This document shows, piece by piece, positions 13,159 through 24,580 of a stretch of DNA of 64,000 nt (position 1 is its first letter; each line of letters begins with the position of its first letter). Origin of the DNA: Antedon mediterranea (lineage: Eukaryota; Animalia; Echinodermata). The stretch spans positions 9,486,001 to 9,550,000 of the forward strand of contig NC_092680.1 of NCBI RefSeq assembly GCF_964355755.1, read 5' to 3'. The translations under genes were made by a program, and so were the position numbers. The notes below the pieces were generated by a model. It was not told where the DNA came from and did no database searches. It worked only from the letters and a program-made list of their open reading frames with translations.

Positions 13159-15473
13159 ATATCCGCGCCCAGCTTAGCCCATGGTCTCATAGGAACCTTA
13201 TGTGGAATCATCGGCTCCCGTTGATTTCTACGCATGAACTTTACACAAACAGGGCATCTTGACATCAAGTTCATACTTTATCAATTTGAGCAGCATTTGT
13301 TGTATTCTAGGACTAGCTTTATGGAGTGGTTTACGTGTGATTGTTTCGAGTGGTTTATGGTCAGTGTGAACTTCAACAGCTCGGCCATATACATATTGGT
13401 GGTATTTGTGTATAGAAAAGCAGATCGCCAACATCTCCTTCTCGATTTGTGAGTAATTAACTTCAGCTGATGTTAACGACCTAGAGGCAAACGCAACCGG
13501 ATGACCCTCTTAAAGCAAACAGCTTCCGAGCCCTGTGGATGATGCATCACATTGGATAATGGTTGGTTTCTGTGGATCAAAGAAACTTAAGACTGGTTTG
13601 CTACTAATCAACGCCTTTAACTGCCTCAGGGATTCTGCTTGTTCTGGACCCCAAAACCATGCAACATCTTTCCTGAGAAATTCCCGGAGAGGCGCACTCA
13701 CATTGGACATATTAGGTATGAATTGTGAGAGATAATTAAGCATCCCCATTATACGTTGTAAGTCAGATTTACATTGTGGGTCAGCCATTTCTTTGATAAC
13801 TCTAACTTTTTCTTCGTCTGGTTTCTGTCCATCGGCACTCACCACGTTTCCCATGAACACCAATTCAGACTGTTTATACTTGAGCTTGCTTCCATTGAAT
13901 TTGGCATTGTTCGCTCTGGCCGTATCCATCACCCTCTGTACTGTTGCATTATGCTCTGCTTCACTACCTGTAGCTATAATCATATCATCAGATATTATGT
14001 GTACGTTAGGTATATGACCAAATATTTGCTGGTTTCGTTTCTGTAACACCTCACTAGCACTGCAGATACCAAATGACATTCTTATAAAATTGTATCGTCC
14101 AAAGGGAGTATTGAATGTACATATATCTGCGCTAGCGTCAGTAAGAGGAACTTGCCAGTACGTATCTTTCTGGTCAAAGACAGTGAAAAGTGTTTTACCG
14201 GACAGGTGACTCACTACGTCCATACCGGTCGGTATCATATGATGTTCACGTCTAATGGCTTTGTTCAAATCACGTGGATCCAAACACAACCTCAAGGATC
14301 CGTCTCGTTTCTCCACTATCACTAGGCTGTTGACCCAATCTGTTGGTTTGTTGGTCCGCTTAATCACGCCCCTCTTCTCCATATCGTCAAGTTTCTCTTT
14401 CAGCTTGGTATGCAGAGTAAGTGGCGCCCTGCGGGGTGGATGGACTACTGGAGAAACATCACTTTTCAACTTGATGTCATAAGGATCTTGATATTTACCT
14501 AAACCTGTAAATACATCACGATTCTCTCGATGCAAAGAATCTTTATTTAGTGCATGTACATATTTATTATTTATCACATTATCACTATACATCATATTAT
14601 TACCACGTTTGATCAGACCAAGCTCCCTACATGCTTTCAACCCAAGTATGGGTGGACCATCAACATTAGTAATAAAGAAGTCATAATCATTTTGGATGTT
14701 AGCAACTTTTAAATTTAGAGTAACTTTACCAATATGTTTTACAATTTCAACACTATAACTATATAGGTTAGTTTTAGAATGATATACTTTAATGTTCTTA
14801 TGTCCTGCTAACTTTCTAAATGTTTCCAGTGGTATGCAGTTAACACCTGCTCCTGTGTCAAGCTTCATCTTTACCAAATTACCTCCCACAAACACATCAT
14901 AGAACCAAGCGTTCTTGTCACTGTTATCTCTTAGAGTGTCAATATAAAAGTACTCATTTTTATCTTCAACAGTTAAAGTGTCAATGTATAAGTCATTAGG
15001 ATTACTTACACCTTCGGCAACAATATACTGTTCATCCATTGTATGTACAGCTCTTCCACGTCCACGACCGCGTCCTCGGGAAAAACGTTTGGTGCACACA
15101 GATTGAAAATGATTCAAACCCTTACACCCGTAGCATGTTTTACCATAAGCTGGACACTGACGAGGTAGATGTGAAGAACCGCACCTGCTACATTTAATTT
15201 TGGCTGCATCTGTAAAATGAAGATCCTGTTGACCACTAACCCTTGGCGTATGTTTATGTGATTTGGTTCTTCTCAATGCATGAACCTTCAGCTTATAATA
15301 ACTCGCAACACCGGCCATTTCAAGCTCGCGTCTAGAACTCTCAAAAGTTCTCATTCGGTGTATCACAGTATCAAGTGTAGCGTTGCCATCATCGCCCATA
15401 ACTTTCATTTTCATCCCTGGATTTGTTACACTGAAGAAAAGCTTATCACGAATCGTACCGTCTTGATCCACAA
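13159..15473 (-). pseudogene. Inverted segment: gag C-terminus, protease, RT, RNase H and start of integrase
   Basis: ORF 13510-15498(-): CSRCG..H..CPAYGKTCYGC..H..C, KLDTGA, LRLCLDP, ISDD, QCDASSTG; then HTDHKPL and PWAKLGADIFT; integrase HH region deleted near 13258. Confidence 0.9.
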
Positions 15474-16278
15474 ATTTACATTCGCTGGCAGAGATCATCT
15501 TATTTTAGTTGACTATTTTTCCAAATACCCTGAAGTAGTTAATTACACTCACTAGCAAAATGGCTGGAGAAATCATCAAAAAATTGAAATCTATATTCTC
15601 AAGACATGGCATCCCTGAAACATTAATGACTGATAACATGCCGTTCGCCAGCTACGAGTTCAAACAGTTTGCTAACCAGTGGGGGTTCGATTTAGTGACG
15701 TCCAGTCTGACATATGCCAGAAGTAATGGGCAAGTTGAACGTTTCGTCCAAACCATTAAGCAACTCATGAGGAAGTCCGTTGATGAGGGAAGTGATTTTC
15801 ATCTTGCTCTACTAGACTATCGTGATTCACCAATTGCAGGGTTGAATTGTTCTCCTGCTCAGTTGTTGATGAGCAGAAAGTTAAGGTCAACACTTCCAGT
15901 CACACATACATTGCTGCAACCACAAGTTATTGTCGGAGCTAGAGATTGCCTTCAGTCACGTCAACAATCTATGAAAAATATTATGATCGTGGTACACGTG
16001 TATTGACGAAATTAAGAAAAGGGGACAACGTGAGAATATTGAAAGGACGGCAATGGAAACCTGCTGTTGTGGCTAAGGAACATAAGCTACCCCGTTCATA
16101 TGTAGTGATGACCGAAGATGGAACGTCGTACAGACGGAATCGACAACATTTATTAAACACTCAACAACCGGATACTTTGCAGAAGGGTGTACCAACTTTG
16201 CAGAAGGTACCGGAAGCACCACCCTTACGTAGAAGTGATCGTGTTAGTCGTCCACCGGATCGATTGGATTATAAATAA
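15474..16278 (+). pseudogene. Mag-like integrase core and C-terminus (frameshifted)
   Basis: FAGRDHLILVDYFSKYPE, RHGIPETLMTDN, SNGQVERFVQTIK, RSYVV..YRRNRQHL. Confidence 0.9.
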
Positions 16279-16834
16279 ATGTATCAATAATTAACTTCAT
16301 TTTATGTTTATTTTGCAGATATTATGTTTATTTTCAAACCATCCTATAATAATGTATGAAACATATGAATGTGATCTAAGAAACAATTTGAAACATATGA
16401 ATGTGATCTAAGAAACAATTTATGTTTAAAGAAAAGTAATATTATTTATTATGAGAAATGTGATATCGTGTCTAATTTACTTTTGATATTAATTTAAAAA
16501 AAAATAAACTTTAGAAATTTATTTTGTTAGAAAAGGAAAGATGTCACATATGTTCTGTTAATATGCTAATTATATTTGTTTGTTATTTGCTAATTATGCA
16601 AACTACGTTACGCTCGGTGAATTAATAAAACAGTAATTGAATTAAAAGAACCGTGTTGACGAGTCACACTTGTAATAGAATAATATTTTTTATGTAATAG
16701 AATAATCTAACCATTAACAAGTCACTAAACATACATTTTATTTCATATACGTTCGCTGTAAACTGAGATCCCGACGCGCACGCGCACCCTCATATCGGCG
16801 CCATCGTTTGGAGACGGCGTGCACCCGAACGATC

Positions 16835-18146
16835 ATGGAACGAAAATCACTTGCAATACAAGAAGATGTGCTGGAGATTTCTGCTGGAAATATAACATTT
16901 GCAGCTACAACTCCACTTGTACAGCATACGGTGGCTAAGCCCACCAAAAAAGGCCAGGAAGGCGGGGTCTAGCTGTACTATTACTAGGCCTCCTAAAGAA
17001 GGTAATACGCATAGCAACAGCGATGCCGTTGCTATCGCCGGGCAATCATGCACTAACGTGCTGCAGCCTAATCAACAGGTCGGAGTAGGCCTGAACTATG
17101 AGGCTAGGGTTGAAAACCTTGAGCGGTTGGTTGAGCAGCAGGTTAAAGAGACGAAGGCTGCTCAACAAATAAATGAGTCAACGCACGACCTTTTATCTCA
17201 GTTGATGACACAAATGTCATCACAATGTCACAACAATGAATATGATGACATTGACAGTAGCTCGGTGGTTAGCCTCACGAGTAACATTTACGATAGGCAT
17301 CATCAGTACGAACGTGATGTGTCTGACCTGGAGGAGGGGGAAGTAACAGGTACACAACTATCCAAGAAGGATGAAAATCCTGAGCGGCCAGCCACTAATA
17401 GTAATAGTAAGGTCAAAGGCCCCCTTCCTCCGGGTTTTGCAGCAAGATTTGCTGTTTCTAACGAATTGGCACCAGCAGTCAGCCAAGAGTTGGCTGACAC
17501 GCTAACATAATACTTATTGCACTCGCATATGAGTGAGAGTGTAATGACCGAGCTGATCAAAAGCTATCCTATACCGGAAAATCTAGAGGCCCTAATGGTG
17601 CCAAAGGTCAATCCAACTATTTGGGATTCAATTACACCAAGGGCACGGTCTAACGATCTAAAATTTCAAAAGGTACAAAAACCTTTGATAAAGGGAATTA
17701 CCGCCCTTGCTAAATTAGTTGATGGAAATGAGTCATCGGAGATAGCACAGGACACAATCGGCCTACTTGCCAATGCGAACTTCGAGTTACTTGCACTTCG
17801 TTAGGAGATGTTGAAACCGGAAATAAATGCCAAATATACTCATTTATGTAAACCCAGCATTAAGCCTACAGAGTATTTATTTGGTGACCTGAGTACTACA
17901 GTTAAAAGACTGGATGAGGAAAGAAAGGCTACGGCAGGCTTATTTAATTTTAAGTCGTACCAACCAAAGACCAGGTCCAACAACTACAGATACCAGCCAT
18001 ACAATAGAAATGGCAAACCCTTTTTAGGTCAAACCCGGCGACACAAATGGTCAACAAACAACTACAACCAGACCACATTTTATCAGGGGAAAAAGGACCT
18101 AAAACAACAGCCGAAGAGGTATGAGTCGATTGATAATACAGTATAA
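16835..18146 (+). pseudogene. DIRS ORF1 (gag-like), disrupted
   Basis: YPIPENLEALMVPKVNPTIW, DLKFQKVQ, LKPEINAKY..YLFGD; stops at 17510 and 17804 and an early frameshift. Confidence 0.8.
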
Positions 18147-18349
18147 GTATTTCTCCTAACAATAAGGTTAACAAACATAATAACCTTGACATAGTAGGAG
18201 GTCGACTCAGGTCATATATACATAGGTGGAAAAAATATACTTCGGATCCATACATCCTAAATGCGGTTTCAGGATATAAAATAGAGTTTGATAAAGCCAT
18301 ACCCTACCACCTAAAAGGAAAAATACCTCATCCATACAAACTCAGCAGC

Positions 18350-20107
18350 ATGGATATGGAGGCTATTGATGATCAAATAGTTAAATTGATATCAAAAGGG
18401 GTGGTCAAACCAGCCATGTTTGAACATGACCAGTTTGTATCAAATATTTTTACAAGGCCAAAGAAAAATGGAGGGTTCAGAATGATATTAGACCTCTCTA
18501 AATTAAATGAATATGTGACATACAAACATTTCAAAATGGAAATGTTTGGAAATGCATTGACACTAATTTCACCAGGTGTATATATGACGTCAGTCGACCT
18601 CAAAGATGCATATTTTACTGTACCCATAGCAGAGTCGGATACTAAATATTTAAAATTTGTTTGGAAAGACAACCTGTATAAGTTTGTCGCATTGCCTAAT
18701 GGGCTTAGCTCAGGGCCTAGACTTTTCACGAAATTATTGAAGCCCCCAATTGCGTTTTTGCGCAGCAGAGGGCATATTCTGTTGGTTTACATTGATGACA
18801 TTTTGTGTATAAACCAGTCAGAAGACTTGGCCGGCGGTACCGCCAGGGAAACTAGTGAACTTCTAGCCTCATTGGGTTTTATCATTAATAGAGAAAAATC
18901 AGTAATGAATCCTACGCAGATCATAACCTTCTTGGGATTTGAAATAAATTCTATAAGTATGACGGTTTCCCTTCCATATCACAAGAAGGAGGAAATTAGA
19001 GTTCAAAGTAAACACATACTTACATTAAGTCATACTACCATTAGGAAAGTTGCGCAATTTTTAGGCAAAATTATAGCAACACTACCTGCTGTAGAGTATG
19101 GAAAGCTTCATTATAGGGCACTAGAGAAGGAGAAAATACTAGCTCTAAAACTAAATAAAGGCCATTACGATAGGCCTATTAGTATTTCCGTCAATGGACG
19201 GGACGATATTCTTTGGTGGCAAAATAATGTCAAAGACGCATATAAATTGATATATCATGGGTACCCCGACCTAACAATTGAGACAGACGCTAGTGGTCTA
19301 GGCTGGGGTGCCACTGATGGACATACCCACACTGGGGGAAGGTGGATAAACAAAGACCTAGACATTGCATATGCTACAGGGGCACTAAATATTAATTACT
19401 TAGAATTGCTGGCTGCTTTTTTCGGCCTTAAAGCATTGTCCCGTGAGAGAAAAGCTAAGCACATAAGGTTGAAGGTTGATAATACCACGGCAGTAGCTTA
19501 CATAAACAACATGGGCGGCGCAAAATCAATTGCGTGCAATAAGATTTCAAAAGCCATCTGGTCTTGGTGCATTGAGAACAATTTTTGGATAAGTGCAGAA
19601 TACATCCCAGGAAGAGATAATATAATAGCTGATGCAAAGTCTCGTCAGTTTAAAGATGAGACAGAATGGATGCTTAACAAAGAATTGTTTATAAAAATCA
19701 CTAAAACATTCGGCGAACTAGATATAGACCTATTCGCTTCTAGGCACAATGCACAGCTTCCGAAATATATATCATGGAAACCGGACCCATATTCAATTGG
19801 TATCGACGCATTTCTACAAAATTGGTCCTCTGCCAAGCTCTATGCTTTTCCGCCGTTCTGCCTTATAGGTAGGTGTTTGCAAAAAATATTGACAGATAAT
19901 GCCATAGTTATCATGGTGGTCCCAAACTGGCCAACACAGTATTGGTATCCTAAATTACTATCAATGATGGTTGGAGAACCACTGAGGTTTAAGAATACCA
20001 AACATGCCTTAACATTACATGGTTCAGATGATTGTCATCCTCTTTATAACAGACTTAACCTTTTTGCCTGCAGGCTATCAGGGCGGAACTCTACAACAAA
20101 GGAATAA
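18350..20107 (+). CDS. DIRS ORF2: reverse transcriptase, RNase H, Dam-like methyltransferase domain
   Basis: FRMILDL, DLKDAYF, LPNGL, YIDD, ETDASGLGWG, INYLELLA, VDNTTAV, IDLFAS, YAFPPF; the frame is also open upstream (VGGRL..W). Confidence 0.92.
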   Translation: MDMEAIDDQIVKLISKGVVKPAMFEHDQFVSNIFTRPKKNGGFRMILDLSKLNEYVTYKHFKMEMFGNALTLISPGVYMTSVDLKDAYFTVPIAESDTKYLKFVWKDNLYKFVALPNGLSSGPRLFTKLLKPPIAFLRSRGHILLVYIDDILCINQSEDLAGGTARETSELLASLGFIINREKSVMNPTQIITFLGFEINSISMTVSLPYHKKEEIRVQSKHILTLSHTTIRKVAQFLGKIIATLPAVEYGKLHYRALEKEKILALKLNKGHYDRPISISVNGRDDILWWQNNVKDAYKLIYHGYPDLTIETDASGLGWGATDGHTHTGGRWINKDLDIAYATGALNINYLELLAAFFGLKALSRERKAKHIRLKVDNTTAVAYINNMGGAKSIACNKISKAIWSWCIENNFWISAEYIPGRDNIIADAKSRQFKDETEWMLNKELFIKITKTFGELDIDLFASRHNAQLPKYISWKPDPYSIGIDAFLQNWSSAKLYAFPPFCLIGRCLQKILTDNAIVIMVVPNWPTQYWYPKLLSMMVGEPLRFKNTKHALTLHGSDDCHPLYNRLNLFACRLSGRNSTTKE

Positions 20108-20253
20108 GCAATACTGCAGCAGACGTCATTCTGCAATCCCGGAGACGGTCAACGTGGAAGCAATATAACTCACAGCTAACAAAATTTATAGACTTTTGTG
20201 AAATCAGAGGAATCACATGGCAACAGCTAAACACCGGTCACGTCCTCGATTTC

Positions 20254-21057
20254 TTGATAAAGCTGAAGGACGAGGGCTTAGGCTACAGTACTATAAGTAC
20301 GGCGAAAAGCGCAATTGTAAACTTTCTCGAAATCTTAGATATAAACATGAAGGAGTCTATTGAACTGAAACGATTTATGAAAGGGTTATTCAATTTTAAC
20401 CCACCGACTCCAAAATATGCACAAATTTGGGATGTTCGCTTAGTTACAGACTATCTGAGGCGAACAATTAACGACGATACATTATCGCTTAAAGAATTTA
20501 CCATAAAAGTAGCATTGTTATTAGCATTATTGTCCTCAAGTAGGCTTCAGACCTTATATAATTTCAAATTTTCAAATATGAATATCGAGAATGAAGCAAT
20601 CACCTTTTACATTTGTACATTACTAAAAACTAGCAGACCAAACAATACAGGTCAACTGGTGGTTTTCCACAAAAGTGAAGACCCTGCCCTATGTCCGGTC
20701 AGAACAATTCTAAAGTACAGGGAAAAAACTAGTAATTTAAGGGAAAATAAGGACAGATTTTTTATATGTCATAAGAAACCGTATGCCGAGGCATCAAAAG
20801 ACACAATTGCTCGATGGATAAGGACAGGTTTATCAGAAGCAGGAGTAGATACAACAAAATTTAAAGCCCATTCGGTCCGAGCGGCTGCATCTTCATCAGC
20901 AAAATTAAGGAATGTCCCGGTTGACTTAATAATGAAAACAGCTGGGTGGAGAAACGAACATACACTAAACAGATATTATAATAAGCCTATAAAATTGGTA
21001 GAAAATCCGTCATTTCAACAGGCACTGTTGAGAAAAGTTGATTCATCAACTCATTAA
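20254..21057 (+). CDS. DIRS ORF3: tyrosine recombinase
   Basis: Catalytic R (SSSRLQ), K (LKTSR), HSVR, W (AGW), Y (RYY); LCPVR motif; frame open from ~20050, overlapping the end of ORF2. Confidence 0.92.
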   Translation: MIKLKDEGLGYSTISTAKSAIVNFLEILDINMKESIELKRFMKGLFNFNPPTPKYAQIWDVRLVTDYLRRTINDDTLSLKEFTIKVALLLALLSSSRLQTLYNFKFSNMNIENEAITFYICTLLKTSRPNNTGQLVVFHKSEDPALCPVRTILKYREKTSNLRENKDRFFICHKKPYAEASKDTIARWIRTGLSEAGVDTTKFKAHSVRAAASSSAKLRNVPVDLIMKTAGWRNEHTLNRYYNKPIKLVENPSFQQALLRKVDSSTH

Positions 21058-21373
21058 TATGGGTTGTGTTTGTTGTTGGCTACTACAAATAGCCCCTGTT
21101 TGCATTTTGAACCAGTTTAATATTGTTGTTTAGTTTTCTAATTGATGTTTTTAGGGTGAGAATCTTAAACGTTGGACTAGTGATTATAAGCAAAATAAAT
21201 GCTTTATTATTAATACAACACGATAGTTGTCATATTTAAGTTGCCCGTTAGGGCAAACATCCTTATGAATGAATGTAGACTTTTGGAAATAAAGTTGTTT
21301 TATTGAAACTAACATTTCCGTCAATTATTTGGTTTACAGTTCAAACATGTTTCCACCAGAGTTGGCTTTAAAC

Positions 21374-21485
21374 ATCTCAGTTTACAGCGAACGTATATGA
21401 AATAAAATAGGAAGATTAAACGAGACTTACCTGTAAGTTGAAGTTTGATCACTATTTTATGAATATGTGAGTGAGGTGTAAACTG
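21374..21485. repeat. DIRS internal complementary region (ICR)
   Basis: Reverse complement of the element's left start, fused via AAT (21406-21408) to the reverse complement of its right end. Confidence 0.92.
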
Positions 21486-21703
21486 CCCGCCTCAACCCAC
21501 CCCAAGTAAAACAATTATTATTATAGAACAATGCAGGTTATCATATATATACTTATCGCTGCAAATTATTACTCTGGACATGTTTGATTGAAAGTATGAG
21601 GGTGCGCGTGCGCGTCGGGATCTCAGTTTACACCTCACTCACATATTCATAAAATAGTGATCAAACTTCAACTTACAGGTAAGTCTCGTTTAATCTTCCT
21701 ATT

Positions 21704-22271
21704 ACCCTTGATATAATGGCACAACCCACCATTAAAAAAAAGATCTAGAAAACTAAGATATCTTAGGGGTTAGTTTTCTAGATTTTAGTTTTCTAGACAC
21801 CCATCATCGGATTTAGAAAACTAAGACCTAAGATATCTTAGTTTTCTAGATCTAGAAACTAAGATATCTTAGGGGTTAGTTTTCTAGATTTTAGTTTTCT
21901 AGACACCCAGCATCGGATCTAGAAAACTAAGACCTAAGATATCTTAGTTTTCTAGATCTAGAAAACTAAGATATCTTAGGTCACATAATAGTTATACACT
22001 TTGACTAACTTGTCATTTTGTGAAAAAAATTATCCTTTAAATCGGTAAAATTTTCAAACGTTTTTTCGAAAAGCCATAATTATTGGTGGATCGTACAATT
22101 AAAGATGCAAAAATAATTATTTTAGAAAAATATATGCCATTTTATTGTATAATAATTATCCACTTTGACCAAAAAATTGATCAGTAAAATATTTATTTAC
22201 CTGATTAAACTTTACCTTTAAAAAAATAAATAAAATAGTAAAATTCGTTGAATTTAACTAAACATTTTTTT
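21704..22271. repeat. Local duplication copy B (right part)
   Basis: Matches 12142-12602, with an extra ~110-bp tandem unit of the tctagaaaactaagatatcttag array. Confidence 0.9.
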
Positions 22272-23326
22272 TTTCAATTTCTAAGTGATATAATGTTTTT
22301 CCTACGGAAATACAAACTAACCAGCCTGTTATTGGCGATGATTCGCTGTTGGTCTGGAATGAAATCAAGAATAAACTTTATCAAAACAGCAAAATAACCT
22401 ATTCAAAATAAGAAATAATCATGTATGTTTTGGAGGGACATTAAATCTTTAAGTATTACGATAAAAAATAGTAGAATGTTTTTATTGATAATAAATGATG
22501 GATTTTAATTTTGATGATAGTTTTGGTTGTTTAGTATTGGCTTTAAAATAAATGTAAGTTTTTAGTGTAAGCCTACAGTCTGGGTAAATTACTTAATAAA
22601 TGTATTGATTTACCCGCACAATGGTAACGTCAAAGGTGATATTAAGCAGATAATGGTAAGAAGGTATAATAAAGGTACACAGCGAGGAGTACATTAGTGT
22701 CAATGTGAGATTTCTGTTTAAATAAAACAAGAGTTAACTAGTCTTATGATTTTTTTTATGATTACAATTCACTGGGATAATGCAATATACATGTTTATAT
22801 ACTTCAAGACAGAAAGGACAAACCAGCTAATTTGAGAAAACAAATGGTTACCGTTTATTAAAGACACTATAAGATTTACGTTTTTTTTATACCTAATTTA
22901 AAGTCACACACTACATTTATGTAAAAGTAAATACCATATGGACCTATTGCGATAATTTGTTTCGTCTTTAAGTTTAAACGGTAAAAAATGTAAAATATAA
23001 GTCGATTCTAATCATTTTAGCGGCCCGCTATAAATCCCAACGTGCGTCGCGCGCGGATTGATATTTTCATATTGTAATGTGATGCACCAACTTCGATCGA
23101 TCGCGTGAAAGGGTAAACAATAAACAAATAAAAGAACCGTAACTTTCAGCTAAAAACTAGATCTTGCCCAATTTGTATTCTGCCAAAAAAGGAAATTATT
23201 TTAGCAACGCGACAGCATCAGGGTAGGCATAATAGCTAGTATACGATGTTCATACGTTACCGCTTTTTACAAGCTAGGCCTACAAAACTAAGCCCAACTA
23301 AGCTCATTAGGGTTGGTGAGTACCCT

Positions 23327-23460
23327 GCCGAAATACACAAATTGAGGGTGCTGCTTTGCCAAAATACGCAAATCATGCCAAAATACGCAAATTGAGGGCG
23401 ATATGCTTTGCCAAAATACACAAATCATGCCAAAATACGCAATTCTGCTTTGTCAAAATT
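23327..23460. repeat. Short minisatellite (gccaaaatacRcaaat core)
   Basis: 5-6 imperfect copies alternating cat and tgaggg... spacers. Confidence 0.8.
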
Positions 23461-23470
23461 AGCATGATAC

Positions 23471-24580
23471 CTGGTATAAGTAATCAAATACAACGGCAAG
23501 ACCCGTGTAAGCGCAAAAAATGCGCACGGATGGAAATACCTTTAAAACACCAACACCAAATTTCAGAGCGTCCGTGACACTAGTAATGGTTATGGATAGA
23601 GCGGCCTCAGATATGGCTTCCCCTATACGTTCTTCAACTTTCCACCTAATATTCGTCTTTCTCCGTGATGCTAGCATGATAAACATTATCATCCACGCCA
23701 ATACCTATAAATAGAAATACCAGTTTAATGTTAACAAATAGTGTGGCTTATTGTATATGATCTGTGCACTTGCACTCAAAATGAGAATAGGTTTAATTGT
23801 ACTGTATTTAGAATAACTTCTAATTTCCTGACACCTGTTTTTATTACGGGAATTGACAACAGAATGCTGGATTCACTTTGCCAAGAATTGCCTGCGACAA
23901 ATTCATACTATAGTTGCGGTTACAGTACCAAGTACATCTTTCTCGGTTTATGTTTAGGGGTGTTGAACTGATCGTGTCACAACCAAACATAAACATTTAA
24001 CATAATAGAGCTTATAGTATCCTGTTGTTAGATTACCTTGTTCGGAAAAATAAGAGGCTCTCACGCATAATATTATTAGTATGTTTATTAGGGATTCTTC
24101 AATTTGCGAAGACCGACAACAACAATTCATTGTGCGCATGTGGAGATATTGTAACATGTGTCATCGTTTTCCACATTGACGCATGTTTAGGTCTAAATGA
24201 CGACTGACAACATATCGATTGACCTGACCTAGATTGGTCGACGGTTGTCGGAAATCGAAAGCTTCTTCATTTCGGCCACTCAATGCAGAATTCACACAAA
24301 TTGTGGCGAACCAACAAGAAAAATTATTGTTGTTTTTAGCCGCTATAAATCTATAAATCTTGTAATGTGTGATTTCCAGAAATCTATGCCAGAAGATAAA
24401 GATATTAAATAAAAAATGCAATTTACTTACTTAGAATGAGAATTGGCGTGGTGGCAACAATATCAATGAACGGTACTCGTGCAATACACGAGAAAACCAA
24501 ACTCCGATACTACTGCAAAGCCCGCAGACACAACACCCATCAATGCCAACCATAGTTTACCAATTAATCAATGTCCCATT
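23471..24580 (-). pseudogene. Patched-domain / sterol-sensing-domain protein (PTCHD3-like), two decayed exons
   Basis: Exon ~24580-24431 (KLWLALMGVVSAGFAVVSEFG..VPFIDIVATTPILIL, donor gtaagt) splices to exon 23704-23471 (IGVDD/MFIMLAS..EAALSITITSVTD..FPSVRIFCAYTG..YLYQ); each exon has a 1-bp frameshift. Confidence 0.85.

Larger units (their letters stand above)
12603..16677 (+). mobile_element. Mag/SURL-like Ty3/Gypsy LTR retrotransposon with internal inversion
   Basis: Short LTRs 12603-12735 and 16542-16677; PBS-like TGGTGTTAGAA at 12736; PPT agaaaaggaaaga 16529-16541; gag WKRWKQRF and double zinc knuckle typical of the Mag clade. Confidence 0.9.
16735..21703 (+). mobile_element. DIRS1-like tyrosine-recombinase retrotransposon, full length
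   Basis: Inverted terminal repeats (16757-16794 / 21595-21632); internal complementary region 21374-21485 complementary to both ends; ATT at both borders; gag, RT/RH/MT and YR ORFs. Confidence 0.95.

Noticed and set aside
20254-21057. Tyrosine recombinase plus Dam-like domain as a prophage/integron
   Set aside because: Both are standard parts of the DIRS element defined by its ITR/ICR
22322-22353. Possible 32-bp minus-strand microexon (ttccag..gttagt)
   Set aside because: Splice-like signals only; cannot be linked to any gene
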